A stretch of DNA of 63,920 bases, counting the filler, from Theionarchaea archaeon (GTDB lineage: Archaea > Methanobacteriota_B > Thermococci > Methanofastidiosales > SZ-28-30): NCBI GenBank assembly GCA_018992565.1. It is 5 parts of 5 records of this genome, joined end to end, with 100 filler letters (N's around TTAATTAATTAA, not from the genome) between each part and the next. Parts side by side here need not be neighbours in the genome. Positions count along the whole stretch, not along the records: positions 39,477 to 52,122 come from JACVGW010000077.1; positions 52,223 to 63,920 come from JACVGW010000081.1; 3 more parts are not named here. The stretch is one strand, 5' to 3'. Both the position numbers and the translations under genes were made by a program. Numbering within the stretch: position 1 is the first letter of the stretch; every line of letters starts with the position of its first letter. Under the pieces are notes generated by a model. The model was not told the DNA's origin. It made no database searches and saw nothing but the letters and a program-made list of their open reading frames with translations. Below are positions 49,915-60,151 of the stretch, one piece after another.

Positions 49915-50321
49915 AAGACCCTTATATTCTGGTCAGAGCCGACAATTCGCAGAAAGCAATGACAGCCTTGGCAGATCTGGAACGATACGCCAACATCCGA
50001 ATCCATGAGCCCCGGTTAATGCCTAAACACATGGCGGAAGATCTTATATCGGAATTCCTCAATTTGAAAAGCGAGAAGAGGGTAAATTTCGTGGTTCAAG
50101 TCCATATGAATCCAGGTGAGGTCATCAAGAGGGTGCGAAAGATCAGACCCCCTGCCCATATTGTGGTAGTGACTGATAGGTACCGAACTTATGAAATTAT
50201 GGAAGCCAATTATCATGAATTTCCCAAGATTGAAGGATTCGTCCCGCCGAAGCCAGTGCCTCCGGGTAGAAAACAAAGTAGAGGGAGAAGCCCTGGGAGA
50301 CCGTACAGAAAAAGGTACTAA
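49911..50321 (+). CDS. DUF356 family protein
   Basis: ILVRADN..ALADLERYA and KIRPPAHIVVV. Confidence 0.8.
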   Translation: MKDPYILVRADNSQKAMTALADLERYANIRIHEPRLMPKHMAEDLISEFLNLKSEKRVNFVVQVHMNPGEVIKRVRKIRPPAHIVVVTDRYRTYEIMEANYHEFPKIEGFVPPKPVPPGRKQSRGRSPGRPYRKRY

Positions 50322-50374
50322 CTCATAAAATGGTGAACAATCCGGCTAGGTGGATAGTGCCATTGGTAGTATTT

Positions 50375-51283
50375 CTACCTTTCTTTCATTTTCTTGATCG
50401 TGTTCAGCATACTGCATGTTTTACAGATAGTGTCTATCGTAGGTTCCCCACACTGGCTGCACAGAGATATAGTGCTGGTGAACTGCTCCTGGAGGTAAGG
50501 TGCCAACCTGTCATAGCTTCTGAGAAGGCTGTATTTGGTGGTTGGTCTCTTGGACTCCATACGGTCCAGGAAATCCCTGATATCTCCTCTGAACGCTTCC
50601 GAAGCATAGGGGCACACCGAATGGTCTACATGAATCTTAGATAGTATGGCGTAGAGCATCACTTCCTTTTCCAGAATGTCCCTGAGAGGCTTGATTCGTG
50701 GAACGAAATAGGGGGATTCAGTATATGAAGGACCCGTTCTGCCGAACCTGAACAGATCCCCTCGCAGGAAGTTCATGAGTACTGACTGCACCTCGTCATC
50801 CAGGTTCAAGCCCACTGCGAGCTTTTTTGCCCCGAGCTCCCGCGCTTTTTGATTCAAAAGGTTCCTCCTCAAGACTCCGCAGAAAGAACAATGAGAACAG
50901 ACACGTGAATCACATGCATCAATGGTGACTCCAAATTCCTTCTCAAAAGAGTAAATGTGGTACTCCACTCCCAGGATCTCACAATTCTTGATAGCTACTT
51001 CGATAGTTTTCTCTCTGTAGGTGGAGATCCCTTCATCTATGATGATAGCCTCCATCTCGAAGGGACGGTCCTTCTTCAAGTCCGATAGCAAATGCAACAA
51101 GACAGTGCTGTCTTTTCCGCCTGACAGTCCTACTGCAATGGTATCTCCCTTTTCAACGTAATTATGAGCACGTATGGTCTTTCTGAATTTAGAATGAATG
51201 CTCTTTGAAAAACATATCGCACACAATTGCTGTCCTGACTGTCTTCTGTGGTATACTGCTTTTCTTCCACACCTGCATCTCAT
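50375..51283 (-). CDS. tRNA 2-thiolation protein (TtuA/NcsA/Ctu1, TIGR00269-like)
   Basis: N- and C-terminal Zn-fingers, PP-loop SGGKDS, CSFCGVLRR, PRIKPL, CPYA. Confidence 0.9.
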   Translation of the reverse strand: MRCRCGRKAVYHRRQSGQQLCAICFSKSIHSKFRKTIRAHNYVEKGDTIAVGLSGGKDSTVLLHLLSDLKKDRPFEMEAIIIDEGISTYREKTIEVAIKNCEILGVEYHIYSFEKEFGVTIDACDSRVCSHCSFCGVLRRNLLNQKARELGAKKLAVGLNLDDEVQSVLMNFLRGDLFRFGRTGPSYTESPYFVPRIKPLRDILEKEVMLYAILSKIHVDHSVCPYASEAFRGDIRDFLDRMESKRPTTKYSLLRSYDRLAPYLQEQFTSTISLCSQCGEPTIDTICKTCSMLNTIKKMKER

Positions 51284-51472
51284 CTAACCACCAGAAGCCA
51301 CGGGCAAAAGTTCAATTGCATCATTGTCAGAAACATCATCTTCAGGTACGACAGAACCGTCCTTCAGAAGGATAACACTCTCAACAGGGTAACCGCATTG
51401 TTCCAGAATGTACTCAATTGACTGTCCTTCCATCCACGCTGTCGTGCCATTAACAGTGACCCTGACTTTCAT
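51284..51472 (-). CDS. ThiS/MoaD/SAMP-like sulfur carrier
   Basis: 62-aa beta-grasp protein ending PVASGG, directly upstream of the TtuA-like gene. Confidence 0.88.
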   Translation of the reverse strand: MKVRVTVNGTTAWMEGQSIEYILEQCGYPVESVILLKDGSVVPEDDVSDNDAIELLPVASGG

Positions 51473-52122
51473 GCGATCACATTACCCAATAAGTTGACCG
51501 CCAGGATTCCCAGCGCGATGACTCCAAACGCAGCAGACAATCTCCGGGAAGTGGTATCTGAGAAGTAGTGCCGCAATATCTCATCAGTGATCTTTCCCCC
51601 GTCAAGAATACTGGAAATGGGAAACAAGTTGAACAGGGCAACGCTGAGGTTTAACATAGAGATCCAGCTGAAAATATCGAGGATCATGAAATACTTGTAA
51701 TGCTGAATGGGGTACACCCCCATGTATCCCTGGCCTTCTTCATCCGGATGCTCTGTTAACGTGAGAGTTAGAATCCCTCTATTTGTATCCAGAGTCAGCT
51801 CATCTCCTGGGTTATATCTTTCGAGTTCCTGGGAAAATTGCTCATACGTATCAACTGCTGACCCATCCATCTGGTAGATGATGGCTCCTTCCAGCCCAAT
51901 CTGGTCGGCAGGAGTTCCGGGTATCGTTTCGTAGATCTGAACACCATCAGGAATACGAGGGATTGACAGTAACAGCACAAGAAAGAATGCTGCTACAAGG
52001 AAGTTGGCCATACTCCCTGCAGAGTATACCTTCACCCTGGATAAAACAGATTTCTGCTTCATTTCTTCTTCATCAGGTTCCACAAAAGCACCAGGTATGA
52101 CAACAAGAAGGAGAAGCCCCGT
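51469..52122 (-). CDS. Site-2 protease (M50) with PDZ domain (5' truncated)
   Basis: GAFVEPDE, AGSMAN, PDZ segment, NLFPISSILDGG. Confidence 0.88.
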   Translation of the reverse strand, partial: TGLLLLVVIPGAFVEPDEEEMKQKSVLSRVKVYSAGSMANFLVAAFFLVLLLSIPRIPDGVQIYETIPGTPADQIGLEGAIIYQMDGSAVDTYEQFSQELERYNPGDELTLDTNRGILTLTLTEHPDEEGQGYMGVYPIQHYKYFMILDIFSWISMLNLSVALFNLFPISSILDGGKITDEILRHYFSDTTSRRLSAAFGVIALGILAVNLLGNVIA

Positions 52123-52222
52123 NNNNNNNNNNNNNNNNNNNNNNNNNNNNNNNNNNNNNNNNNNNNTTAATTAATTAANNNNNNNNNNNNNNNNNNNNNN
52201 NNNNNNNNNNNNNNNNNNNNNN
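52123..52222. other. Artificial scaffold linker
   Basis: N44-TTAATTAATTAA-N44. Confidence 0.98.
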
Positions 52223-52895
52223 GGTTGTTGACAACCCACGCAAAATTCTCGCCGAAGTGCTTGATAGTCACTGCTCCTTCCACATCTGTTTCCAGCATGG
52301 TGGTGGTGTGCGTGCTACCAGGTTTTCCACTCTTGGTGTCTTTGGCAACTCTCTTGGTTCCCACACCCATAGTCCAGTAGGATGACCCAACAACAACAAA
52401 GTTGTTTATCATGAACCACATCAACAGCTCAGCAAGGGTTGCATTTGCTCCTGTCCTCCGGGTGGTGGCAATAGCTCCTCCCACCTTGTGGTAGAACAGT
52501 CCAGGAGGCTTTTCGTCATATGGCCAGCCCAGGTCTTTGACCGGACCATCCACATTACCCAGCTCTCTTCCTTCACTGACTGTTCCTGCTCTTTCCAGGA
52601 CTGCCTTCAACTTGGCAGTTGCACTTCCCCAGTACACAGGAGACCCTACAATAATACCATCTGCTTCATACATCTTATTCCAGATGGGCATGAAATCGTC
52701 CTTTATGCAACATTCTGCGCGGTTAGCTCTGCACCATATGCAGCCTGTACATCCACCCTTGATCTTCTTGTCAGCAAGGGTGATCAGCTCTGTCTCGATA
52801 CCGTAGTCTGAAATGACGTCCAGTGCGCGTTGAATGAATTGCTCCGTATTTCCTTTGAGTCTTTCACTTCCGGAAATTCCGATTACTTTTGGCAT
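52223..52895 (-). CDS. Isf-like flavodoxin family protein (3' truncated)
   Basis: GISGSER, CTGCIWC-x6-C, GSPVYWG, RRTGA. Confidence 0.88.
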
Positions 52896-52925
52896 GCGTA
52901 TCACCGGCTCCACTTCTCACTTCAA

Positions 52926-52977
52926 TTTATAAATATTTCGGTACTATAATATGACAAATCATCTGAATTGTCAATTT
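52926..52977 (-). promoter_or_regulatory. BRE-TATA promoter plus palindromic operator-like site (copy 1)
   Basis: Minus strand reads ACCGAAATATTTATAAA. 38/52 ungapped identity to 58213-58264. Confidence 0.65.
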
Positions 52978-53020
52978 AATGAGACTAATTATTATATTAT
53001 TTCTAAGTAGTCGGTAGAGG

Positions 53021-54175
53021 TCAATCGGAAGGTGTGGTGGTCTGAGGTACTGTCCTCACTTTGGCAATGTAGATGACCAGGGCAATCAACACCAGTACGA
53101 TGAAAAACTGAAGCAATTCAGAGTAGGTGTAGTGATCAAGAATCAGTCCCGCTACAGCTGAACCAAAGGCAGCGCCTACAAAAACCATGGTATTAGTGTA
53201 TCCAACCCAGAACCCCCGCGCCTTGGGTGGAGACATGTCAGCCACAAATGCCATTAAGGGAGGAACGTAGCCGTACAGGGCAGCCCCAGTTGGTATGACC
53301 AGACAAAAGAAAAACCGAGAAGGCACCAATAAGAACCCCATGAGCGACAGTGCAAGCATGGTGAACAACGCAGTCAGCACTTTGAATCGCCCAAGATGAT
53401 CTGATAGCTTCCCACAGGCAGGTACAGAAACGAGTCCTGATACTGCAAGCACTGAGAAGAGGAAGGCAGCTGTATCCGGTTCTAACCCTTTAGATAGGAG
53501 AAACTTGGGGAAAAAAGTCAAGAGCCCAAATACAGCAGCTCCCGTAAAAAGAGAGCATATGCCAAGAACAAATATGTGGGAAGACCACACCATCTGATCC
53601 CTCATGTGCGTGGGTTCCTTTTTCTCCTCAGTCAATACGTAGAATAAAATCGAAATTGCCATTCCTGCCAGAGAAATCAGGAGAAAACTCATTCTCCACC
53701 CCCACCGCTCAGAAATGGGCAGGGCAAGAAGAGGAGCCAGAGCGGTCCCCGCAGGCACTCCCATCATTAAGATCCCCTGGGCTACTCCGCGTTCCTTTTC
53801 ATTGAACCTCTGGGCTAGAACGGACGTGGCGGGAGTGTAGTAATTCCCGGAGAATCCACCGAATAGAACTCTGAGCAGGAGGACTTGAAGATAAGAATGC
53901 GAAAAGGCCACAAGAAGAGAGGTCACTGCTGAGCCTGCCATACCTGCAACCATGACGCGTCTTCTTCCACATTTCTCCCCCAGCAACCCTGAGGGAATCT
54001 GGGCCACAGCATATGCCCCCATGTATCCTGTCATGAGCAGTCCTGCCTGGAAGTTGGTAATGACGAACTCTTCTTGAAGAGTGGGGATCAGGGGTGGGAT
54101 CAGCATTTTTGCCACATAGCTGATCAGTCCACCCACTGTCACCAGGGCCAGGAATCGATATCGTGAAGAACGCAT
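53021..54175 (-). CDS. MFS transporter
   Basis: GLLGEKCGRR and GKLSDHLGR motif A variants, about 12 TM. Confidence 0.9.
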   Translation of the reverse strand: MRSSRYRFLALVTVGGLISYVAKMLIPPLIPTLQEEFVITNFQAGLLMTGYMGAYAVAQIPSGLLGEKCGRRRVMVAGMAGSAVTSLLVAFSHSYLQVLLLRVLFGGFSGNYYTPATSVLAQRFNEKERGVAQGILMMGVPAGTALAPLLALPISERWGWRMSFLLISLAGMAISILFYVLTEEKKEPTHMRDQMVWSSHIFVLGICSLFTGAAVFGLLTFFPKFLLSKGLEPDTAAFLFSVLAVSGLVSVPACGKLSDHLGRFKVLTALFTMLALSLMGFLLVPSRFFFCLVIPTGAALYGYVPPLMAFVADMSPPKARGFWVGYTNTMVFVGAAFGSAVAGLILDHYTYSELLQFFIVLVLIALVIYIAKVRTVPQTTTPSD

Positions 54176-54184
54176 GGGACTCAG

Positions 54185-54985
54185 CTAGACCGCAAACATG
54201 GAAGCCTTTCCCATCTTGCGGTATACTGCCAGGAAGACACCAAAGGCTACCACGATAAAGATAGTGGCAACCGCACACAGAGAGGGGTCTGCAAACTCCG
54301 AAAGATACCCCCACATCTTGATGGGCAAAGGAGTCAATCCGGGTACTGCCAAGAAGATAGACACCGTAACGTTCTCGAAGGACCAGATGAACGCAAATAG
54401 AGCCCCTGCAATCAGTCCAGATTTTGCCATTGGGAGTGTCACCTTAAAAAAGGTCTTGACAGGGGTAGCACCTAGTGTGATGGCTGCTTCTTCCACAGAA
54501 TCAGGGATTCCTTCAAAACTGACGATGAGAGAACGCAAGACATAAGGAATCACGATGATCAGGTGCCCGATGACCAGTCCAGCGAAAGTACCGTACAGTC
54601 CCAGGGTCTGGAGAGTAATGGCAATCCCTATCCCAAACACGATCATGGGGATGACAATGGGAGATAAGAACAGAGTACGCAAGGTGACTCCCACATCCCG
54701 TCCCATAAAGGTAACCCTGTGTTTTGCTAGTGCTTTGGCAGCGGGCAGCGAGACGAGAATGGCAATCCCCATGGAAACCAGGGCTATTACTCCACTCAGG
54801 AGGAAGGAGAACATCCAGCTAGAGGAGGTTAAGACTCGCACAAACCATTTCAGGGTAAATCCTTCCGGGGGGAAGGTAACGTACTGAGATGTTGTGAATG
54901 AGGTCCCCACGATGATGATCAAGGGGATGAGAATGAAAACGTACATCACGTAAACGTACACCTTGTACAGTCTGTCCAGAATCAT
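54185..54985 (-). CDS. ABC permease, PotC-like
   Basis: FPPEGFTLKWF and EAA loop EEAAITLGA. Confidence 0.92.
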   Translation of the reverse strand: MILDRLYKVYVYVMYVFILIPLIIIVGTSFTTSQYVTFPPEGFTLKWFVRVLTSSSWMFSFLLSGVIALVSMGIAILVSLPAAKALAKHRVTFMGRDVGVTLRTLFLSPIVIPMIVFGIGIAITLQTLGLYGTFAGLVIGHLIIVIPYVLRSLIVSFEGIPDSVEEAAITLGATPVKTFFKVTLPMAKSGLIAGALFAFIWSFENVTVSIFLAVPGLTPLPIKMWGYLSEFADPSLCAVATIFIVVAFGVFLAVYRKMGKASMFAV

Positions 54986-55894
54986 TTACTTCAACCTCCG
55001 TCTCTTGGTTAGGACAGCTAAGAGCCGTTCCTGGAAATACATCACCAAAACCACAATGAACACCAGGATAAAGGCCATGGCTGCGCCCACCGGCCAGTTG
55101 CTGATGAGCAAAATCCTGTTGTAGATAATGGTACCGAATACCTGGAACCCAGGTCCTCCCAGTAAGGCAGGCATCACAAAACTGGACATGGTTATGGCAA
55201 AGGTCATCACAGTCCCCGCTATAACCCCGGGAAGGCTTAGTGGAAAGATTACCTTGAAGAAGGTGTACAACTTCCCTGCTCCCAGAACATATGCACTTTC
55301 CTCTATGTGAGGGTTGATGCTCTCTACCCCACTGGAGATGGGCAGCACCATAAAGGGGAGCATGACATTGACCATTCCCACAACCACTGCTTTCATGGTG
55401 TTCAGCAGTCGTATAGGCTCATCAATTATACCTAGCCACATGAGTGCGTTGTTGATCACCCCATGGTCTGAGAGCATGATGGACCACGCATATCCTCTCA
55501 CCACGAGAGAGACAAACATGGGCGAGATGACCAGGATGGTCAACACTCCTTTGGCTCGTGAGCTGGCGCGCGCATGATGATAGGCCAGAGGGTATCCGAA
55601 GAGCAGGGTGAGACCTGTCGTATAGACACCCATAGCCAGCGTATTGAGAAGCACTTTTTGATAAAATGAATCAGTGAACACGTGAAGATAGTGTTCTGCA
55701 GTGAGGGACTCTCCAGGCTGATAGTACCCTCTCCCCACCACGAAACTCGTCAAGAACAGCAGGATGATGGGGGCAATAAAAGCCACTGCATAACATATAA
55801 GCAAGGGGCTGAGCAATAGAGGTCCTGTATGTCTAGTAGACAGAGCACCCATTTTTTCTTTTATCGCAAGAACGAACCCTGGCGCCACAGTCAC
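54986..55894 (-). CDS. ABC permease, PotB-like
   Basis: GYPLAY, LPFMVLPI, EESAYVLGA, NWPVGAA. Confidence 0.92.
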   Translation of the reverse strand: MTVAPGFVLAIKEKMGALSTRHTGPLLLSPLLICYAVAFIAPIILLFLTSFVVGRGYYQPGESLTAEHYLHVFTDSFYQKVLLNTLAMGVYTTGLTLLFGYPLAYHHARASSRAKGVLTILVISPMFVSLVVRGYAWSIMLSDHGVINNALMWLGIIDEPIRLLNTMKAVVVGMVNVMLPFMVLPISSGVESINPHIEESAYVLGAGKLYTFFKVIFPLSLPGVIAGTVMTFAITMSSFVMPALLGGPGFQVFGTIIYNRILLISNWPVGAAMAFILVFIVVLVMYFQERLLAVLTKRRRLK

Positions 55895-57009
55895 CCTCTC
55901 CCTACTGGAACCACTGCACCATAGTCAAAGGAAACATGGACGTCTCCCTCTCTCACATTGCACACGTATTCGCTCTCGCAGTCAGCAGTGACCCTGATGC
56001 CTTCTACATCAAGGAGACACCGGGTAGACTCCCCAAGAAAGACCTTGTATAGACATTTCCCGGGCAGGACGTTCAACTGACTCCCTTCTGGCCTGGTCGT
56101 AGTCATTCTGATCCTCTGTGTTCTGATCATTACCAGAAGGTGATCTCCCTGTGAGACTTCAGAAGCCTTTCCCGCTGCAAATCCTGTAATGGTATGACCA
56201 TTCTTGAGAGCCAGCGTGCACATTCCCTGGTTAACCGACTGCACCGTTGTCTCCAGGATATTCGATGTTCCAATGAAATCTGCTGCAAATGCTGTCTTTG
56301 GACTGGCGTAAATTTCTTCAGGGGTTCCGAATTGCTCGATTTTTCCCTTGTTCATTAGCATGATCTTATCCGCAATGGCAAATGCTTCAATTTGATCATG
56401 GGTAACGTATATTGACGTTATGCCCAGCTTTCTCTGCAGGTTATGAAGTTCCAGCCTTGTGGATTCCCGCAGTTTTGCGTCCAGGTTACTCAAGGGCTCA
56501 TCAAACAGGAGAACGCGCGGCTGGGTGACCAGCGTTCTTGCCACAGCTACTCTCTGCTGCTCTCCTCCGCTGAGCTGCAGGGGATATCTGTCTTCTTTCC
56601 CTACCAGGTTAACTTGAGTCAGGGATTTTCCCAGTCTCTCCTGTATTTCCTGTTGACTCAATCCCTTGATTTTCAGGCCAAACTCAATATTCTGCCTTAC
56701 TGTCTTATGAGGAAATAATGCATAATCTTGAAATACGAGTCCAATGTCCCTCTTGTGAGCCGGGACATTGTTGACCTGTTCCCCATCAATATACACACTC
56801 CCGCTGGTGGGACTTTCCAACCCCGCAATAATCCTGAGAGTAGTGGTCTTTCCGCATCCGCTGGGGCCCAGGAATGCTGTTATCTCCCCTGGGATTGTCT
56901 GAAAGGAAATCTCGTCTACAGCAGTATGGTTCCCAAAAACTTTCGTCAAAGACTCTACAGTCAGAGTCGAGCTCTTTCTTCTCTCAGTTGACATGACCAT
57001 TTCTATCAC
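55891..57009 (-). CDS. ABC ATPase, PotA-like with TOBE domain
   Basis: GPSGCGKTT, LSGGEQQR, LLFDEPLSNLD, YVTHDQ. Confidence 0.95.
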   Translation of the reverse strand: MIEMVMSTERRKSSTLTVESLTKVFGNHTAVDEISFQTIPGEITAFLGPSGCGKTTTLRIIAGLESPTSGSVYIDGEQVNNVPAHKRDIGLVFQDYALFPHKTVRQNIEFGLKIKGLSQQEIQERLGKSLTQVNLVGKEDRYPLQLSGGEQQRVAVARTLVTQPRVLLFDEPLSNLDAKLRESTRLELHNLQRKLGITSIYVTHDQIEAFAIADKIMLMNKGKIEQFGTPEEIYASPKTAFAADFIGTSNILETTVQSVNQGMCTLALKNGHTITGFAAGKASEVSQGDHLLVMIRTQRIRMTTTRPEGSQLNVLPGKCLYKVFLGESTRCLLDVEGIRVTADCESEYVCNVREGDVHVSFDYGAVVPVGRG

Positions 57010-57057
57010 CTATGTTTAGCGAATTTCAAAAAAGGAAAAAAATAAAAGTAATTTTCT

Positions 57058-58158
57058 TCATCCTCCAAGAATTTCTCGTTCCCATATCTCCTGAATCTCA
57101 TCATAGTGCTGTGCCATGTACCAGTAGTATTCCATTCCTATGAGAGAATTGATTTCCTGTTCTCCATCTACTACCATGGCCTGCAGTTCAGGAGTCAGCT
57201 GGGTGAGCTTGTTGGGAGACCCGTAGTGAATCAGATCCACAAAGGTCAGTTGAGGACCAGGGCTGACAATATAGTCAATGAGCTTCTCAGCCAATTCCTG
57301 GTTAGGAACACCCTTGGGTATGGCAAGAAGTCCAATCCAGGCCACTGCACCTTCCTGTGGAATGACCCATCCTACATCAACACCCGCTTTCTCGAAGGTG
57401 TAGGCTCTTCCATCCCAGCACCCTGCCATGTTGATATCTCCCATTTGAAGCATGGTCTGCATCTTGGAATATGATTCAGCCAGCCTAAATCCGCCGGTGC
57501 CCTGCAATTCTTTTATCTTTGCGATAATTTCTTCATACTGCTCCGGCGCATAGCCCCAGGTTACTCCTGTGGCAGCATAGAACTGATCGAACCAGGTCTC
57601 ACTTCCTACATTACCAAATTTCTCGACATTCCAGAGATCTTTCCAGGATGTGGGAGGCTCTGACACTCGCTCTTTCTGGTAGATTAAGCCCCAGGCCGCA
57701 AAGTCATAAGGTATTCCATACTGTACTCCGTCGGTACCTTTTCCTGCATCCAGCCCGACCTGATACAGGTTCTCCGCCTGAGGTATGTTGTCCAGGTCCA
57801 AAGGTGCCCACAATCCATCAAGGGCTCCTCGAATGAATCGAGGTAATCCAAGATACATGACGTGGACTTCAGGCTCATCTCCCCACAGTTTAATCTTAGA
57901 AATCCATTCATTGTCACTGTTCACTGCAACGACTTCCACTTGAATGCCAGTTTCAGCTTCGAATCCTGCAGCGATTTCTTTAACATAGTCCTCGTAGGGG
58001 CCTGCAAATGTTCCAAGAACAACCTTCTGTTTTTCGGGGGGCGTTGTTTCAGTGGGTGCCTTTTCTTCTTCCTGTGAAATACATCCACTTACCACAAGAG
58101 CTGCCATCGCCAAGCACACGACTAGGGTGATGGAAACTTTTCTCTTTTTTCTCATCAT
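57058..58158 (-). CDS. ABC substrate-binding lipoprotein, PotD/PotF-like
   Basis: Lipobox VSGC, PPTSWKDLW, WDGR, IPQEGA. Confidence 0.9.
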   Translation of the reverse strand: MMRKKRKVSITLVVCLAMAALVVSGCISQEEEKAPTETTPPEKQKVVLGTFAGPYEDYVKEIAAGFEAETGIQVEVVAVNSDNEWISKIKLWGDEPEVHVMYLGLPRFIRGALDGLWAPLDLDNIPQAENLYQVGLDAGKGTDGVQYGIPYDFAAWGLIYQKERVSEPPTSWKDLWNVEKFGNVGSETWFDQFYAATGVTWGYAPEQYEEIIAKIKELQGTGGFRLAESYSKMQTMLQMGDINMAGCWDGRAYTFEKAGVDVGWVIPQEGAVAWIGLLAIPKGVPNQELAEKLIDYIVSPGPQLTFVDLIHYGSPNKLTQLTPELQAMVVDGEQEINSLIGMEYYWYMAQHYDEIQEIWEREILGG

Positions 58159-58212
58159 ATTTGTTCCTCCGTTCTCATGGTTAGCTACTATCTCTGTGCA
58201 ATCTTGAAGATA

Positions 58213-58273
58213 TTTATAAGTTTTTCGGTAATGTAATGCTGCAAATTGTCAGAACTGATAATTTTTGCAGCAT
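58213..58273 (-). promoter_or_regulatory. BRE-TATA promoter plus palindromic operator-like site (copy 2)
   Basis: Minus strand reads ACCGAAAAACTTATAAA. Palindrome ATGCTGCAAATTGTCAG-AA-CTGATAATTTTTGCAGCAT at 58236-58273. Confidence 0.7.
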
Positions 58274-58483
58274 CGTTATTCCATTATGTCTAGTCTTCGT
58301 CAGGCACCATGTTTCTGGTACATCTACGCTGAACCGAATTTCTCTGATTACTGGGACTTTCGCTGAGTGTCGAATTGCCAACANNNNNNNNNNNNNNNNN
58401 NNNNNNNNNNNNNNNNNNNNNNNNNNNNNNNNNNNNNNNNNNNNNNNNNNNNNNNNNNNNNNNNNNNNNNNNNNNNNNNNNNN

Positions 58484-59072
58484 CCACGAGAAGTACTGTG
58501 ATGTGGGTGTACATGGGCACCCGGTGAATGACTGTTTCTATCCGACAGATGCGGTTTGGCGAACTACAGTCCTGACAGATACCTGTTCGTGCACAGGGAA
58601 GAGAATAACCCATTCCTGCAGCATGGCGAGGTGCAATGACTGTCTTGAGTCTTTCCATAGCTTCATCGACGTTCTTGACTATCTTGTTCTGTCCTGCAAC
58701 CACCAAGACGTTGGGTGGACCAAAAATAGTGCCTGCAATGCGGTTTCCTGCACCGTCAATATCTACCAGGCTGCCATCTCCAGTCACAGCATTGATTCCC
58801 GTGAGAAAGATGTCTGCCAGGAGACTGGCCACTGCGGTTTCACGACGAAATTTCCCCCTAAAGGGGTTAATAATGCTAGTTCCTCGCGAATGTAGAGCTT
58901 CTATCACCCCAATCTGACGCACCGTTGCAGAATCTCCAATACTCACAAGGGAATTCACTGGAATATTGTCCAGAATTGCAGCACGGGCTTCCTCCTTGGT
59001 AGAAACGACAAGCGGGCTGAACCCATGCTGCTTCAGAGCATGTGCAGTCTCCTGGAGAGATTGCTCAGTCAT
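58484..59072 (-). CDS. LUD (lactate utilization) domain protein (3' end in the gap)
   Basis: FLTGINAVT, DGAGNRIAG, AGQNKIV, PCARTGICQDCSSPNRIC. Confidence 0.85.
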
Positions 59073-59086
59073 AATATCCCTCTGTG

Positions 59087-59815
59087 TTACCCCCGCAACC
59101 TAGATAAGACCTCAATGTAGTTTTCCGCAAAGTCTACAAGGTCTTCTCTGCCTTCCTCATCCTGTTCAAGAGTGTCTTTTGACAGATCGGAGGTAAAGTA
59201 TTCCTTTCCTTCTTTCTTGAATTTGACGGCATCGGGCACTCTCTTTCCTCCTATGAGCACTGTCCAGTAGGAAGAACTGACCACTGTAAAATTGCAGATC
59301 ATGAACCACATCAGCAATTCAGCCAGAGCAGCATTGGCCCCTGTCCTCCGGGTTGTAACGATGGCGCCGCCCACCTTTCCCCTGTAGAGGCCTCCTCCTT
59401 TTGTTTTCTTGTCTGATTTAATTCCAGAACGTGCTCCAGGCCACTTCTTGTCGTCAACTGGAGTTTCAATGCTGATTCTTCCTTCACTAAGCATTCCTGC
59501 CCTTTCCAGGAGCCCTTTCAGCTTGGCAGGTATACTGCCAAAGTACACAGGGGCGCCCAATATGATGCCATCTGCTCTAACCATTTTCTCGAAGATCTCA
59601 GGGTAGAAATCGTCTTTTATACTGCACGCCACCGCTGGCATTGCCCTGCAGTATCTACAGGACGTACATCCTCTTATGTCCTTATTGTAAAGCTGCACAA
59701 GCTCAGTTTCTATACCATGACCTCCCAGGGTTGATAATACCATATCCAGAGCTTTCTCTGTGTTTCCCCCTTTCCTCTGACTTCCGCATATTCCTAACAC
59801 GTACAATTCTTTCAT
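59087..59815 (-). CDS. Isf-like flavodoxin family protein
   Basis: GICGSQR, CTSCRYC-x7-C, GAPVYFG, RRTGA. Paralog of 52223-52895. Confidence 0.88.
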   Translation of the reverse strand: MKELYVLGICGSQRKGGNTEKALDMVLSTLGGHGIETELVQLYNKDIRGCTSCRYCRAMPAVACSIKDDFYPEIFEKMVRADGIILGAPVYFGSIPAKLKGLLERAGMLSEGRISIETPVDDKKWPGARSGIKSDKKTKGGGLYRGKVGGAIVTTRRTGANAALAELLMWFMICNFTVVSSSYWTVLIGGKRVPDAVKFKKEGKEYFTSDLSKDTLEQDEEGREDLVDFAENYIEVLSRLRG

Positions 59816-59857
59816 GATATCACCTCTTCATGCAGCAAATGCACAGCCACATGTGGA

Positions 59858-60151
59858 TCATCCTCCGCTGTAAGGGAACAGGACAGTGACCACATCTCCT
59901 GACTTTAGCACTGTTTTCTCACGGTTCAAGTATAATATACTTGTCTCATTAACAAGGATGTTAAGCACTGAATTCCAGGTTCCCTTTTCATCAAAGAAGT
60001 ATCGTCTCATCTTGCTCCCGAATTGAGAAGAAAGTTCCCTGAAGAAATCTTCCACAGTCTCTCCTTTCATATCCATGACTGTTCGTGCAGGGAGGTCTAC
60101 TCCCACCACCGAAAAAGGAAAGTCCAAAGAAATGGAGTTGGACTTACTCAT
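59858..60151 (-). CDS. MoaD/SAMP-like ubiquitin-fold protein
   Basis: NILVNE..LKSGDVV, ends PYSGG, overlaps the AOR stop. Confidence 0.88.
   Translation of the reverse strand: MSKSNSISLDFPFSVVGVDLPARTVMDMKGETVEDFFRELSSQFGSKMRRYFFDEKGTWNSVLNILVNETSILYLNREKTVLKSGDVVTVLFPYSGG

Noticed and set aside
58290..58383. Apparent C-terminal extension of the LUD protein beyond the gap
   Set aside because: The frame across a 100-N placeholder gap is arbitrary, and this stretch is likely intergenic.
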